Shown one piece after another: positions 15,853-26,629 of a DNA stretch of 32,307 bases. The translations under genes were made by a program, and so were the position numbers. The DNA is from Reclinomonas americana ATCC 50394. Its lineage: Eukaryota. The notes beneath the pieces were generated by a model. It did no database searches. It saw nothing but the letters and a program-made list of their open reading frames with translations, and was not told the origin of the DNA. The DNA lies in NCBI GenBank assembly GCA_048213135.1, contig PS015124.1, forward strand, positions 89,549-121,855, read 5' to 3'. The stretch's first letter is position 1. Each line of letters starts with the position of its first letter.

Positions 15853-18800
15853 ATGAGCGTGGAGCAGATGCAGACTGTGGATGTGCCCGACATTGACGAT
15901 CGTCTCAATGGTCTCTTTGGAGGCCGCGGAGCACTTCAAGAGTTGCGCATCTCGACACATCAAACACACACATCACGCGCGCGCTGTCTCTCTCTGACAC
16001 CACGTGAGCGCAGTCAGAGCGCAGTTCAGGAGTGCTTCAAGGCGGTGACGGGCAAACAAGTGGCCTTTGACGACAAGTTGTTCGACACGCGGCCGCCCTC
16101 TGCTGAAGTCATCAGCGGCATCCGCCCAACCGCCGTGCAACCGTCTCGTGGCAGCACACTTCCGCCACCAGTTGCGACAACGCGTGCGCCCGCGGTGACG
16201 ACGGGCATGTCGTCTGATCGCACTCTTGTCGCACCTTCCAAGTTGCGCGCGCGCACACACGCACACGCAAACACGCACACACTTTACAGCGGCGCACACA
16301 CACACGTGCGCACACAATGACGACTTTCACTTGTCGTGGTGGAGAATGTTGCAACCACTTTTTTTCTGTTTGTTTGGTGCTCTCTCGCCGTCTCGCTGCG
16401 GCGCACCGAAAAAAAGAAGACACGCATCCTTGTTTTTTGTGTTATCCGTCGCGTCTTGTTGGTGCGTTGGCGCTCCATGCACCAAACTTCAACTGACGTG
16501 CAAGTCTGGATTCTCTTTCTGTGTGCCAGAGCGAAATCGACTCCTGCTCCGCTGCGTCCACCCGCGGTGGCGACTCCGCAGTTGCAGTCGCGGCGGCCGC
16601 GGTTGACGATGAATGTGAGTGAGCTGGGCAGTGGATTCGGAGAGAGTGCCACGTTGCCGAGTCCGTCGGTCATGAAGCGCGCGTTTGCCAATGATGACGA
16701 GTCGTTGTTGTCGCCGCTGACTCCGCTGGTGCGTTGCTCTTGATTGACTCCTCCCTGTGGTCTTTTGTGCTATCCTGTTGTGCTCACATGCGTCGTCCGT
16801 GTGCAGCGCGATGCGCCTACGCGTCCGCGGCAGGTCAATGGTTCGTCGTCCAAGCCGCGAGCGGCTGCTCCGGCGAAACCGGCGGCGGCATCTGCGGCGT
16901 CCTCTGCGTCGACTGCTGTGGCGGCTGCGCCGCCGGCGGAACCGGCGGTGACCGGCAGTAATGAGTCGTCTGACGAGGAGGAGGACGATGACGACGATGA
17001 CGAAGATGATTCGAGCAGCGAGGAGGACGATGATGATGATGACGAGGAGTCGAGCAGTGATGACGACGACGATGAAGAGGAGGAGGAAGACGAGGACGAG
17101 GATAACGAGGACAGTAGGAAGGTAGTGGAAGCGGCGCCAGATGCGGCAACAGTGTCAAGTGTGGCGGCGGCAGCGGCGGCGGAGGAGCCTGCTTTTGGTC
17201 TGATGCTGCCGCCGTCGCCGGTGCACGCGATAGGAGTGTTTGAACCTCCGCCGCCATCGGCACCAGAGCCACCACCACCACCACCACCTCCAGCACCAGC
17301 ATCGGCGGCGGCACCGGCGGCGGCAGCTCAAAGGAAGAAAAAGTCGGTGACGATTGCCCCGTCGGTGGCGCCGGATCCACCACCGAAGGCTGCGAAGGCG
17401 ACCTCGAAATCTTCTTCTTCTTCTTCTTCTGCTGCTGCTGCTGCTGCGGCGGCGGCGGCGGCGGCTGCTGCTGCTACGACGAAACCGAAGAAGGGTGCGG
17501 CAGTGTCTCGAGACGTGCCGATGCGGAGTACTTTTGACGACGACGATGACGACGATGATGACAACGTGGACGGCGGTGGTGAGGGAGCAAGACACGCTAC
17601 TTCAAAGCAATCAAAGACCGCTGCTGGTGCCGCCAGCGACGACGGTGCGGTGTCGAAGCGCAAGGGTGCGGCCAGTGCGCCATCGAAGACCGCGGGGGCG
17701 AAGCGCCGTTTCGATGACGATGCGGATGATGCCGTGCCGGCGACAGCAACATCGTCCGCGAGAAAAGAGCAGGAGGATGGTGTGGCGATGGATGTGGAGG
17801 CTGGGGCGCAGCAGCGTTCTGGGCGACCGGTGTCAAAGCCACGAGTTGCGTTGTCAACGTCAACGTACCACTTCCATGGTGTGTTTTTTTTACTTGCTCA
17901 CCTGGGACAACAGAAAGCGACGTCTGCCCCAGCGGAGGGGTCGGCAGGGGGTGCGACAACCACGAGTCCACCGCTGAAGCTGCAGAAGCGGAGCAAGGAG
18001 GAAACAGTCGCCAACGCATCGCCACCAATACTGCCACCATCGCGCAGCTCGAATTCGATTCTGCCGGCACCCACCGGTGCCTCACCGCGTCTGATGCGAG
18101 GTTTGTGCAGCACTGTGGCTGTTGTGTGAAGAATCCGCTGACCGACTCACTCTTTCGTGGGGTGTGCCTGCTGCAGCTCCGTCGGCGCACAGCTTGAATT
18201 CGGCAGGCAGCTCCGAGTCGCCACCCGAACCCGCGGTGCGCTCCGGCAGTCGTCGTGATTCCACTGCAGGTGCCTCCTCCTCCTCCTCGTCGTCAAGGCG
18301 ACCTCCCGTGTCGACAACGACGCCGCCCACCAATGGAAACGGCAACGGCCACGGTGTGTTTGTTATTGGGGACGCGGTGGCAGAGTGTGTGGCTGAAACG
18401 AGATGTGCATCATTGCAGGTGGCTCTTCACAACCCTCCAGGTCGCCCGCCAATCGGTCACCGTCGCCCTCACGGCACGACAGAAGGCACTCGACGTCGAA
18501 TGGGTACGTCTCATTTCTCGCAGCGACAATCATGATGATGATGACCGAGTGAGGGTGGCTGACACGCGCATCGATCGCAGTCAACATCAACCGCATCGTG
18601 GCGATTCGTGGCGGTCTACCTCCACTGCTGCGAATGGCGGTGGCAGTGGTGGTGGTGGCGGTGGTGGCAGCAGCAGCAGTGGTGGCTGGGACATGCCGCT
18701 GGCGACGAAAGCCTCGTGTGCCGAGGAGGCCACGCGGCTGAAGCGTGAAGCGGATCGTATGGTGCGTGTCTCTGTGTGTGTGCGTGTGCGTTGAGGGTGC

Positions 18801-19645
18801 TGGAGGATTGATTGCTCACGTGGTGGCGATGTGAACAGGCCGAAACTGATCCAGCGGGCGCCTCTCGCAAGTACCTCTTTGCTGCGCTGTCGTGGCTGGA
18901 GAGTGCCGATCTGTGTGAGGTGAGTCGTGTGTGTGGCCGGAGTATTTTGTGTGTGGGCTGTTGCTGAGCGATGTGCGTGTGTGCTCGTGCAGAACGACGT
19001 GGATGCGGCCAAGTTGTATGAGGAGTACGTGTTGTACTTTGACAACCGGAAGCAGTTTACGCAGCGACATGGCTTTGCGCATCACCAGTACCTGTGGAAC
19101 GTGTGCATCACGATTTGCAACATTCTCATGGTGCGCAAGACACCGCTGCGAACACCGGTGGCATCTCTGGAGCGCGACCTGGATGCTGCAGTGAGGAGTA
19201 CCGTGTCGCCATCGGATTCGGTGAGTTTGTTGTTGTCGTTGTTCTCGTTGTCGGCACATGAGCAGCACAACTAAACGCTTGGGTGTCATTCTCTCCTCTT
19301 TCTAAACAGGCGCCAGATAATGTGTTGCGTGCTCGCTGTTGGTGTTGTTGTTGGGGTGTTTTTGTGAACGTGTGCTGACGACCATCGCCGCACAGTGTGC
19401 AAACGGCGTTGCGGAATGCCAAGCAGTTTGTGCTTCGCAACAAGCGGCTGATGCTGGCCATGGATATCACCGCCGTGCTGGAGGATCGGCGGAAGAAGCT
19501 GCTCAGCGATTCCCACAGCGCGGAGTGGTCGTCGGCAGCGCGTGAGGAGTGGAGCCGCCCCACACCGATCGAGAGGGACTTTGTTCGCGTGCGCAATGAC
19601 CAAGTACGGTCGTATGTGCGCCGCTTGCTCGACATCCTCTCATGA
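15853..19645 (+). CDS. Large intrinsically disordered protein with a helical C-terminal domain resembling the AF4/FMR2 (AFF) C-terminal homology domain, ~12 exons
   Basis: In-phase exons run from ATG 15853 through acidic (16960-17110), Pro-rich and Ala/Ser-rich tracts. The C-terminus reads SCAEEATRLKREADRM|AETDPAGASRKYLFAALSWLESADLCE|NDVDAAKLYEEYVLYF...QVRSYVRRLLDILS* (TGA 19643-19645). A 14-nt microexon at 19310-19323 is needed to keep phase. The coding status is solid; the family assignment is inference. Confidence 0.7.
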
Positions 19646-20130
19646 CATATTGGTGTGGGCGTGTTGGACGAGGGGAGGGAGAGAGAGTGTGTATGGACTT
19701 GTTATGTGACCATGTGTATGTGTGCGGGTGTCTTCCCGTTTTGTGTATGGTAACTTTGTTTGTGGTGTGGAAGGCAACAGAATAAGCAATAGCAACAGAA
19801 GAAGCAGCAGTAGCAGCAGTGTGCGTCGTTTGAGGTTTTGACCAGACACGCTGTCTCTGTGTGGGTCTGTTTTTTTGGGGGAGGGAGTGATCGTTTGAGG
19901 GAGTGGAAGAAAACAGAAAGGGAACACGTTGAGCAATTCTCATGTTAACCGGTTAGTGCATTAAAACAAAAAATGATTGTCGTCTTGTTTGCGCTCTTCT
20001 CAAGCCGGTGGTGGTCCGTCTCCAAGAGGCGATCTGCAGCCACACAAGCGAGTCAGCCAACCATGCACGCGCAGCAGTGTAGAACAGTAGTAGTGGAGTA
20101 CACGGGGAGAGTGAGGAGGGGAGGGAGAGA

Positions 20131-20231
20131 CATTCATCAGAAGGTCGTTGCGGTCTAATGCTGACGACACTAGTGATAAATCAATCACGATTTTTCTGAT
20201 GTCCCTATCATAAAACATCATCATCTGAATG
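20131..20231 (-). ncRNA. Box C/D snoRNA, probable SNORD74/snR64 homologue guiding 2'-O-methylation of LSU rRNA (yeast Cm2337 equivalent)
   Basis: On the minus strand: 6-bp terminal stem CATTCA/TGAATG, box C ATGATGA (20224-20218), guide GATAGGGACA (20209-20200) followed by T and D' CAGA (20198-20195), C' GTGATTGA (20188-20181) and box D CTGA (20140-20137). The guide is complementary to conserved LSU UGUCCCUAUC, and the +5 rule lands on the first C of CCC. It lies inside a GT-AG intron (20300-20034). Confidence 0.85.
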
Positions 20232-20449
20232 CGCTCACAGCTCACGCAGTGGTGCTTGTGCAGCAAAGAAGAAGTAGAAATATGAGAGGACCCCACTCAC
20301 CATTTCATCATCGAAATCGCCTCCGCTCCTGCATCAACAAGGAGAGCACAGCAAGAGTGAGCGACAAGTGCATGCCATCAATCTCTCGGTTTCCCCTCGC
20401 TCTCTTGCATCATCATCATCCATCCTTCCATCCTTCCATTTTTCTTTCG

Positions 20450-20553
20450 TGCATCATACCTATCATATCAGAGGTCATAGGCGAGTGGGCGTTTTTTTGC
20501 GTCGTTAGCCTCACCACCATACCATTGAGCTGAGTTGAGTTTAAATCACGCGC
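20450..20553 (-). ncRNA. Candidate atypical C/D snoRNA enclosed in a 23-bp perfect inverted repeat
   Basis: On the minus strand: degenerate C box GTGATTT (20549-20543), AACTCAGCTCA (20536-20526) complementary to LSU UGAGCUGGGUU with one G-U pair, and D candidates CTGA (20471-20468) or ATGA (20457-20454). It is flanked by arms 20407-20429 and 20572-20594. Confidence 0.45.
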
Positions 20554-21030
20554 AACAAAAGTGGAAGGCGAGGAAGGATGGATGATGATGATGCTGACTC
20601 ACTAACTCTCCCCTACTGTCTGTTGACAAGCCACTCACCAGCAGAAGGGGAGAGGAAAAAGTGCAAGTGTGCACATGCACATGTGCATGGCATGTCGCGT
20701 TTCTTTTCTTGTTGCACAGCCTGGCGATTCTTGTCGTCGCTGGTGCCACCGCGCATGAAGCAGCAGGTTGCAGGTGCAAGATGAAGAGTAGAGGGAGGAA
20801 GGAAGGGCGGTCACACGTTCATGGCGTGCGAGGAAAGTCGAAAAAGGTGTGTGGGACAAGTCGCTGCAAAGGACACACCACTTGCAGGCAAACGTTCTCG
20901 AATCAAAGGCCTCGCTAATGAATTCCCCTCGGAACTTGCCACAGCACGTTGGTCGACCTGTTGCGGAGCTTCGCCAATCGAAATCCGTGACTTCGATCAC
21001 GCGACGTCGAAACTACACACATTATTACTT

Positions 21031-22603
21031 TTACAGAGCATCGCGCGGCGATGGCATTTTTTCGTATCGCGTATCTGACTCGCTGTACATGTCGCGCCCT
21101 GGGGTGGACGTTGGCGTTGATGAGGATTTGCCGTCACGCGGCGTCAGACGCACGACGACAGCACTGCTGTCTTGCCGCCCATCGACAAACAGCGTCGGTG
21201 CAAAGACCACGAGGAAAATGAGGACACCACACTGCGTCGTCGTCATAATGTGTACCGACGAGTGTGAGTGGGCGCAGCGGTCACGATAAGCGAAACGGGT
21301 GTGCGTGCTGCGCACTCTCACAAACCTGGAAAACCACTTCCGACACGTACGCCAGATTGCTGGCCACGGGATGGCCGACGACCTGGAACGAGTACGCGAC
21401 GAGCAACAAGGTGACGGTGGCGAAAAATGGCAGCAGCACCAGCAGCGACTGTGTGCGTGTGCATGGACAGTTAGAGATGAGTGACTGAGTCAGGGAGTGC
21501 GCAACCGGAAGACGCAACTCTCCACAGCAGCGAGAACACGAGGGAGTTGTTCGCACGCAGCCACACGTACGTCTTGACGACCTCGACAATCACCGCACTC
21601 AGGCCAAGCACAAAGAACCCGAGCAGCAGCATGAGCAGAATGACGCCGGCGCGAGTGAGCGGACCGCACTCGAGAATGCCGGCAACGTGACACGGCTCGG
21701 GAGCAATCAGCAGCGCAATCATCAGGGCAATGATGGCCGCGATGGTGATCGCCATCAGCCACGGCAGCACCTGCATGCCGATGCGCAGACGAAGCCATCG
21801 CATGACGCGACTGAACTTGGATTCCCTCACAGGAATCACCGCTGAATCATGCTCCGCCAGCTCATCCCCGCCCACCAGCTTGTCGTTCAGTGACCCGCTG
21901 CCAACCTGTGGGTCTGACGAACGCCGCTGTGCATACAGCTGCAGCACAAGGCGATGAGAGAGAGAACGAACAGTGAAAGCACGCGACCAACATCGGGGGG
22001 AACCTTTGCGTGCAGAAATTGGCGATTGATCACCGCCAGGCGCGTGCCCACATTCGCCCAGTGAATGAGGGCGCCAAGGAACATGAGCATGTGCGACATG
22101 AACCGAGTGACCACCAACGCAGTCAACGTCGACAGCGACTCGTCCATGGTAAACGAGGAGTCGCTGTGACAATGATGAGATGATGATCATGACAGAGGAG
22201 TGCGAGGATGATGCGCCACACGCAACGAGAGCCACGCAGCCAAGCTCAACGAGGACCCCGTCAGTGCCAACACACGCATGACCTGGAACAACCACCACGA
22301 GAACATGGCTTTCCGTGTGGTCGACAATCGCCGATTGGCTGTTGCGGATCCGGATGATGGCGATGATGATCGCCACTGACATGACAACCACATGCACCTC
22401 CGCGCACAACATTGCTGGCGCATATACTCGGAGAAGCTCCACACGGCGAGCGGGATCGTCAAGCCATCGAGCAGAGCATTCGGAATGCAAAAACCCCTGC
22501 TTGGAATATAAATATTACAGGCATACAAAGAAAACGCAATCGCGGCCAGTATAAAACGCGTGTGCGCACGCAACTTGTACTGAGCGCACAGCGTCTCGCT
22601 CAT
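21031..22603 (-). CDS. Uncharacterised multi-pass membrane protein (about 7-8 hydrophobic segments), 5 exons
   Basis: In-phase exons from MSETLCAQYKLRAHTRFILAAIAFSLYAC, including VLPWLMAITIAAIIALMIALLIA, AGVILLMLLLGFFVLGLSAVIVEVV, SLLVLLPFFATVTLLLVAYSF and VVFQ|CGVLIFLVVFAPTL, with a Ser/Thr-rich tail ending PRDAL* at 21031. Confidence 0.7.
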
Positions 22604-22712
22604 GGTTGTTCGGCCGCAAAAGCCCACAGCACGGAGCGCGAAATATTGCGTCGCCGAGGACAAAATACGTCATCACACAATTATTGTCCCAATTGACTTT
22701 TACACACAAGCA

Positions 22713-24591
22713 ATGGCAAAGTGAGTCGCTCTCTTGTGTGCTGTGCATGTGTGTGCCTGTGCTTCTCTTGTGTGTGCTTCGTGCGTGTGAGATTCTTGGC
22801 GTGAGGACTGGGGGGGGTGTTGTTCCGTGTGACCATTTCGCACTTGTCGCGCAACTTGTCTCTGTCTTGTGCGTGTGCGTGTGTGCATGTGTGTGTGCTT
22901 GTCGTCGTGCACTGGTGGTTTTGTGTCTGTGCGTGTGTGTGCGTCGTGTGTGTGTGTGTGTGTGTGTTGGAGGGGGCTGGCGTGCCGGAAGTGCGTGTTG
23001 TCATGTGCATGTGCACTTGCTCGCCCAGCGCAGTGCTCACGCAGATGATTTCCGTGCGTGTTTCCTTTGCATGCTATCGGGCGTGTATGCGTGTGTGTAT
23101 GTGTGCGGGCGTGCGGACGACACGCGTGTCCACGTCATTATGCCGTATTCTCCCTCCACTCTCTTGTCCGACTGTTGTGTTTTCCGGCACACTCTCCGCC
23201 CTCCTCTGTCTGCCTCAGCAGTCTCCTCTTCTCGCTATCTGCATGTGGATGTGCATGTGTGGGCTTGGGTGTTGCACACCGCTTGCGTCAGCCCAGATGT
23301 ATGACGTCAGACTTGCACATGCAGGCGATTCCCTTCGATGCGCTGGGCACAGCGCAAGGATGTTGTGCTGGTGACTGTGGATCTGAGCGACACAACAAAT
23401 GTGTCGGTGACCTTTGAGGAGAAGCACTTGTTGCGTAGCTCGTCCCTGTGTGCGCTGGTTGTGCAAGTCCTCGCGCTCATCTCCGCGCTCTTGCACACAG
23501 CCACTTGACATGCAAGCGAGAGGACGTCGAGTACGACGCCCATGTGGACTTGTGGGCGGCGGTGGATCCGGCAGTGCGTCACGCTTTGCTGTTGCTGCTC
23601 TTGCTGTTGTTCTCGTTTCTGACACTTGTTGTGCAGGCATGCAAGTTTGATCGCAAGGCACGAAACATTGGCATTCTGCTGACCAAGGCCGAGGCTGGCC
23701 CGTTCTGGGACAAGCTGCAAGCCGGCGGTCGCAACGCCAACATCTCAGTGGACTTTGAGCACTGGGTCGGTGCGTACGATCAACCACGACAGTTGATTCA
23801 CATGTGATCTCTTCTTACGCGTACGAATTGCCACAGACGAGGACGAGGACGAGTTCCACAAGTCGGGTGCCGGCATGGGAGACTTTGACTTTGACGAGGG
23901 TGGCATGGGCGGCATGGGTGGCATGGGCGGTATGCCCGGCATGGGAGGCATGGGCGGCATGGGTGGCATGGGCGGAATGGGTGGCATGGGCGGCATGGGT
24001 GGCATGGGCGGCTTCCCCGGCATGGGCGGTGAGTGCACGGATGCAGTCTAGTTTTTCGCTTCATGCTCTCGCCTTCTTCTTCTTCTTCTTCCTCCGTCTG
24101 GATGCCCGGGTGCGCGTCAATCTCGCGGCATTTGTTGATGTCTGTCCGTTTTTGTGTTTTTTTGCTGTTGAAAGGCATGGGCGGCATGGGTGGAATGGGC
24201 GGCATGGGCGGCATGGACATGCAGGCCATGCTGGCGGCCATGCAAGCTCAAGGTGGCGCAGGAGGTTTTTAAAAAAACACGCACACGCACATCACTGCTC
24301 GTTTTGTGTTCCGCGATTTGCATTCTCACTCTGCATGGTGTCTCTCGCATGTGACAGGATTTGGTGGCGACGACGACGAAGTTGCGTCTCACTCTGTCTC
24401 TGCGTCGTTTGACTTTCGCGCGTCACACTTGGTGGCTGACTGTGATTACTGCAGGGCGACTCGGATGACGAAGAGGACGCGCTGGCCGATCTGGAGCCAA
24501 AGGCACACGAGTCCAAGGAAGTTGCGATGTTTTGAGGCGCCCCACTTGTCTCCACCTTCCCTTGTTCCTCATTCCGACTGCGCGACAGTGA
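22713..24591 (+). CDS. PTGES3: Hsp90 co-chaperone p23 (Sba1/PTGES3 family) with GGM-repeat acidic tail
   Basis: An 8-nt first coding exon (22713-22720) is followed by RFPSMRWAQRKDVVLVTVDL...RNIGILLTKAEAGPFWDKLQ...ISVDFEHWVDEDEDE, then (GGM)n and DSDDEEDALADLE. WAQR and VDFxxWVDEDE are p23 CS-domain hallmarks. The stop is at 24533-24535 if the last intron is unspliced, or 24589-24591 if spliced. Confidence 0.93.
23899..24215 (+). repeat. Coding GGYATG/GGCGGCATG repeat (Gly-Gly-Met), split by an intron
   Basis: Tandem 9-nt GGM codon units in two p23 exons. Confidence 0.85.
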
Positions 24592-24843
24592 GCGTGCCTG
24601 CTCGGCGATTTTCCCCTCCGCGTCACACGGAGATTGGCGACGACGAACTACGAGGATGATGACTTGAGACTAGGCAGTATGACGGCGATGGGAGTGTGTG
24701 CTGTGCGTGTGGATTAGCGATGCGCGGTAGAGTGTGTTGGTTTGGTGCGGTTTGGAGTGAACAAAAAGGATGATAGTTTCTCAACTCGTGCAGCAGTTTC
24801 GATGTGACGCTTCTTCACTCGCCTCTCATTCTACAATTTTGTG

Positions 24844-25179
24844 TTACCCTGCATGAAGTCGATCGATCGATGTACAAGTGAGTCACTTGGCTCAATCAAC
24901 ACGCGACGGAACAGCACGCAACAGTCTTCCACCACACCCGAGCCGACGACACGATTGAGTGTCTTGCCCTTGCCAACACGCACTTTGCCAGAGATGATGC
25001 AGTTGTGGATCTTGCACCTGCGGCGACAACACACACACATACAGCGTGAGTCCATCGATATGCAGTGGCAGTGCACCGCGAGGNNNNNNNNNNNNNNNNN
25101 NNNNNNNNNNNNNNNNNNNNNNNNNNNNNNNNNNNNNNNNNNNNNNNNNNNNNNNNNNNNNNNNNNNNNNNNNNNNGAC

Positions 25180-25232
<53 letters not shown>

Positions 25233-26582
25233 GTGAACCGGCTGGCAGCGTGCGCACATAGTTCATGTTCTGCACCGACTTCCATGGCGTGTGCGGGGCG
25301 CACTCGCCACGAGCCACCTGGTGTAGAGAGAGGAACAAACAGTGAGAGAATGAAAGGAGGGAGAACGGAAGAATGAAGAGAGGAAGGGGAAAGACAATGG
25401 AGAGAAGGAGGGAGTAGCAAGAGAGCAAAGGCGAGGGAGGAATGACAACGTCCCCTCAACACACCAACACACATACTGAGAGAGAGCTCAGCCACCATGC
25501 AACGCACCATCGCATTCAACGATTCGTACGCCTGCATGGTGCAAGCGCGCGTGCACACTCCGACATTACATATGTACGTATAGCAACGCACAGCGTCTTC
25601 CGGATCGTGCTTGACGGCGGCTGCCGATGCGCTGTGCGCCTCGGTGAGCACGTCGGAGAAGGCGGTCTCCGGAAATCCATCCTGCTGCAGCGCCTCGCGC
25701 GACACAAACTGCCGCCTGACGAGCAAAGGAACGAGATCGTGCTTCAGCGAGTGGCAGCGATTGGTGGCCAACAAGTCCAGAGCCCAGGGCGCAAAAATGT
25801 AGAAAAATGCATCTCGATACCGCGTAGTCAAGCGCATCCGCGGTCGTCTGCAGTATGGCGTAAGGCAGAGAGTCGACACCCCCATGTGACTGGGACGCAA
25901 CGATTGCAACGCCGAGCGTGAGATCGACATGTCGTCCTCATCCAAGTCGCTGCTGGTGGTGATGAACAGCAACCGAGGCGAGTCACCGCCGACCACGGAG
26001 CTGCCTGTATGCGTCGTGCAGTTAGTAAATGGCACACTACGCTGTTGAAGCGCTGATCACACAGACCTGCCGCCGCGTCACCTGTCGCCCCAGTGACAAT
26101 CTTTTCTGTGGTGGGGAAGCCCATGTACTCGACCTCCGCACCGGCCGCACTGTCGTCGGCACCCGCCGCCGCCGGCGACCGTCCTCCTCTTCTCGCACGT
26201 GGTTGCTGTGAGACCCGGCAAGTGAGCGATTTTGTCACCATCGTGTCTCCCTCCCGTCACCACCACCACCACTGACCTCAGCAGGGACCTCGTGAAGCAA
26301 GCAAGTGACGGTGGCGTGGTTCAGGCGATGCACGTCGGCGAATCGATGCAGAAACACGTCGGTGACCAGATCGCCACTAATCACCATGACATCCATCTGC
26401 CGCAAAGAACGGGTGGACGATGAATGAGTTCGATGGGAATCCCAGAATGCAGATCGAGAGCACTCAGCCACGATTCCATGCTCTCTCTCCCTCCACCAAC
26501 AACAAGAACAACAAGAAGATCGCTGCGGAGCGTGATCAGCAAGCCGAGTCTCATTAGCAGCCGCTGCATAAACACGACTGTC

Positions 26583-26629
<47 letters not shown>

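Larger units (their letters stand above)
19950..20850 (-). ncRNA. Putative spliced non-coding snoRNA host transcript
   Basis: A 28-nt internal exon at 20328-20301 is bounded by tgcag| and |gtgagt. A downstream acceptor 'ctgac...ggctgcag|' lies at 20034. No convincing ORF is present. Transcript ends are approximate. Confidence 0.5.

Noticed and set aside
16310-16501. ATGACGA ... CTGA pair with gcac/gtgc ends in AFF-like intron 2 (possible C/D snoRNA)
   Set aside because: It is long (~190 nt) and the CTGA coincides with the likely branch point (actgac). The SSU-complementary CCATGCACCA is 8 nt from the D box, out of register.
23045-23053. gcag|ATGATTTCC|gtgcgt in p23 intron 1 as a 9-nt stop-containing poison microexon
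   Set aside because: The branch-like ctcac is too close to the AG, and gtgcgt is frequent by chance in this GT-rich intron. It cannot be supported without junction reads.
23899-24215. (GGM)n repeat as a novelty
   Set aside because: Gly/Met-rich tails are already known in fungal and plant p23/Sba1 proteins.
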